DNA of 64,000 bases, taken from assembly GCA_965644265.1 (NCBI GenBank), contig OZ286477.1, positions 27,218,001 through 27,282,000 of the forward strand, read 5' to 3'. The notes under the pieces were generated by a model. The model had not been told where the DNA came from, did not search any database, and worked only from the letters and a program-made list of their open reading frames with translations. A program made the translations under genes and the position numbers. This DNA is from Glycera tridactyla (Eukaryota). Shown piece after piece: positions 61,372 to 64,000 of this stretch (positions are counted from its first letter, which is position 1; every line of letters begins with the position of its first letter).

Positions 61372-64000
61372 GGAAATGTCAGTGATCTTCAGAAATATAC
61401 CTCACGTTCGGCAGGGCTTTGATGTTGGGATCCAGAAACTGCGTAGAGGGTAGATGTTTCAGGACAGAAGATTGCTCCATTCCGAGATGACATACTAATA
61501 ATATACATAATCATAATATGTTCCCTTCAAGATAACACTAGTCCTCATTGTTTCCATCCATCTTGCATGAAGAATTCACACGAGTGATGCTTACACTGGA
61601 TGGATTATCACATCCTGATAGATCTTTCTGTTGATAATCTCCAGGCCTTACATTTGATAACAAAAGTCAAGAGACTCCATGATCAAATCTTTTTGTAGTT
61701 ATCCAATGAACACTGAAGTTCCCATGTTCCCATTGTTCGAAAAGGCAAGCAAATATTTGTGAAAATCTATATATCTGAAGATAAACCCACGTATTCAGGC
61801 AAGGGATGGGCCTTTTGAACTGGAGACAATATTAGACCGAAATGCTGGCGCTTTAGCCAGCAGAAATCCTGGTGTCAGTTATAGGGATCAGGATTGCCCT
61901 TCATCACAAAAACGTTGCGTCAATTCCCACGTCTTGGTCCCTTGCCATGATAGGTTGTTCCATATTCATTCACTAAGTGGACCATAGCTGTTCCTCATCC
62001 TGGAAGTTTCAAAAGTTATATAATCGAATCATTATGTTGATCTCTATTTGATCATATTGACCTGTTCCAATATCATGCAGTGTCGCATCCAAGAGAGATG
62101 AGTGAGTTTATTTACACATACCTGTTATCTTTGGCCCCTTTTCAATATGATGGTGAGCCTTCCCCAATCCCAATATTTTCTGCTTATTCTAGTGATGATT
62201 CTATCATTTTGGCCATCTGAGATTTCATGTTCGCCCCACTTTGTTATCCACGGGCGGGGGGTGGGGGGGGGGGGAGGATTGGCCCCTAATTCGGAACTTC
62301 TGGATGCATTTCTGATTATGCAATTTGATAAAAAATAAGGGGATCCCGAGTGATGAGCTAATTAATAAACGTTGCTGAGCAACGGAGGGACAAACATGAC
62401 ATATTTCTTCATGCCAAAAAGATGCATATACTTTAGTTGCAGGTTGCAAACTTTCTCCATGATAAATTGCATGACTCTATCAAACAAGGCTACCTTGATG
62501 GATCTGCGTCATTATGCAATCTTTTAATTTGGAGCTAATTATTCCTCGATTCAATGGATTTCTCGTTAGTCTTGAATACTGCATTTCAGCGCCTGTAAAT
62601 AGATAGCTAAAGTTGCTTCAGGATTCTTTGGAAGAGTTGAGCACAAGGCCTACTGCTACAGAAAGTTGAGTGATGAGTGATGTGGAAATTGCTTCGAAGT
62701 AAGGGATTGACTATAATCAGACACGAGGGGGCTTGTGTATTAGGATGCGCTATATCTTAGACATTATTCCGTGCTTGTAGCAAGCATTAATCTGGCTATA
62801 TCTTACGGCTTATATGACATGGATTAATGGCATTCGAACCACCTTGTGTAATCCATCAACTCTCCAATTTCATAATGACTCCGCTCTAATTGTCAGCGTC
62901 TTCCATTATCGCTCACTGGGCGATAATAAGTGGGTCAGGCATTGCACTTAGTCTTGAGGCGCCCAGCGTCTTATCCTGGCGTGGCCCACATACAAAGGAC
63001 GACTTTGAGCAATTAAACATATGAAGCGAAGCAATTCATCTCATTGTGCTTTCACGATACCACGATGGACAATGCTTGTGTAGGCAGCCAACAGGCCTCT
63101 GGGTAGAAGCCCTCTTCTTTTAGCGACGTGAGACTTCCATCAAATTAATGGCATTGTGTAGCTGAGCAAATGGTGAGAAAGCCTCTGTCAACTGTCAACG
63201 AAGGTCAATGATGGGACAACGGAAGACGCCATCAACTGATTTCTTAAATGGAGTGAGAACAGCAGTATACATGCAGCTCCGTAGAGGGATTGAGAGAATT
63301 GGTGCATGTTAGACCAGTCTGCTCTCATATTGTCTTTGACGAGAACCAAAGTTCCTCATATTCTCTACTGAAGCTGCACTTTTTCTCCGCTTATATGATC
63401 GTGTGAGTAGCATCCTCATGGCTAAAGGTCAGAGGCCCTAATATCATGCTGATATCCGGAGTAGATGAAGATATGGATCAGTATGGGTGGCAATAGGTGT
63501 CCTTGTGGAATCAAGAATATAGGAAGGCTAAGAACGGAAAGGAAGGCAGCAGGTATCTATGTGGTATTGGTAGAGTTGAAAGATCATTCTCAGGATTCAG
63601 AGCTGCATCAGGTCGAGGGGAAGAGTTGAATGACACAACAAAGTATGTCTTGGCCACTTGCAGACTGAGAGTGTATTGTATCCTACATTATTGACCACTG
63701 TCTCATACAGATTGGCCCAAATTCTATCTGCAAAATTGGTATAATTGGGTGCAACTTCATATGGAAGATGGAACAGATACATGAGTCTATAAACAGGGTA
63801 CACAATGAGTTCGATAGGACTGCCTCCAGAAAGCAGCTGAATAACCTAGCCAGGAACACACTATTCTGCCCACGTAGGCGAACAAATATGCATTTTGGCC
63901 ATTCGCATGGTCATACTGGGCCTTGTATCTGGGTGAAACTTTTTTTGAGAAAATGTAGGAGTTGCTATTGTTAATATGCAGAGATAAGCTTTATTGAGGT

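Larger units (their letters stand above)
31796..64000 (+). other. Probable long intron (>32 kb) between the hexapeptide exon and the homeobox exon
   Basis: Donor GTACGT at 31796-31801. No RQTYTRYQTLELEKEF- or WFQNRRMKWKK-like coding sequence was seen downstream by eye or in the ORF track. Confidence 0.6.

Noticed and set aside
1-64000. Hox-cluster microRNAs (miR-10, miR-993, miR-iab-4/8)
   Set aside because: No match to the mature sequences was seen by eye, and they are not expected at the Antp position; a computational scan would be needed to exclude them fully.

Overview
This is eukaryotic DNA from an invertebrate animal, probably a protostome, and it looks like part of a Hox cluster. It has 11 N-runs, most flanked by simple repeats. 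The only convincing protein-coding feature is a + strand exon at 31096-31795. It has a Hox-type N-terminus (MSTYYTNSY), a Ser/Pro-rich body and the hexapeptide MYPWMRSQFG, immediately followed by a G|GTACGT splice donor. This is coding exon 1 of an Antp/Lox5-class central Hox gene. I found no homeobox in the remaining 32 kb, so that stretch is probably one long intron. The 5' UTR portion of the exon holds three short upstream ORFs. The rest of the window is non-coding: microsatellites, several minisatellites (one with a 142-bp higher-order structure), and MITEs, including two CAG-ended families with unusual 6-bp target-site duplications. There is also a decayed ~4-kb transposon with long imperfect inverted ends, a SINE-like fragment, and several unique CpG-rich islands with Hox/Pbx/Meis, YY1/Pho+GAGA, CTCF-like and RFX X-box motifs. 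There are no CRISPR arrays and no rRNA or intact tRNA genes. All motif and alignment calls were made by eye.
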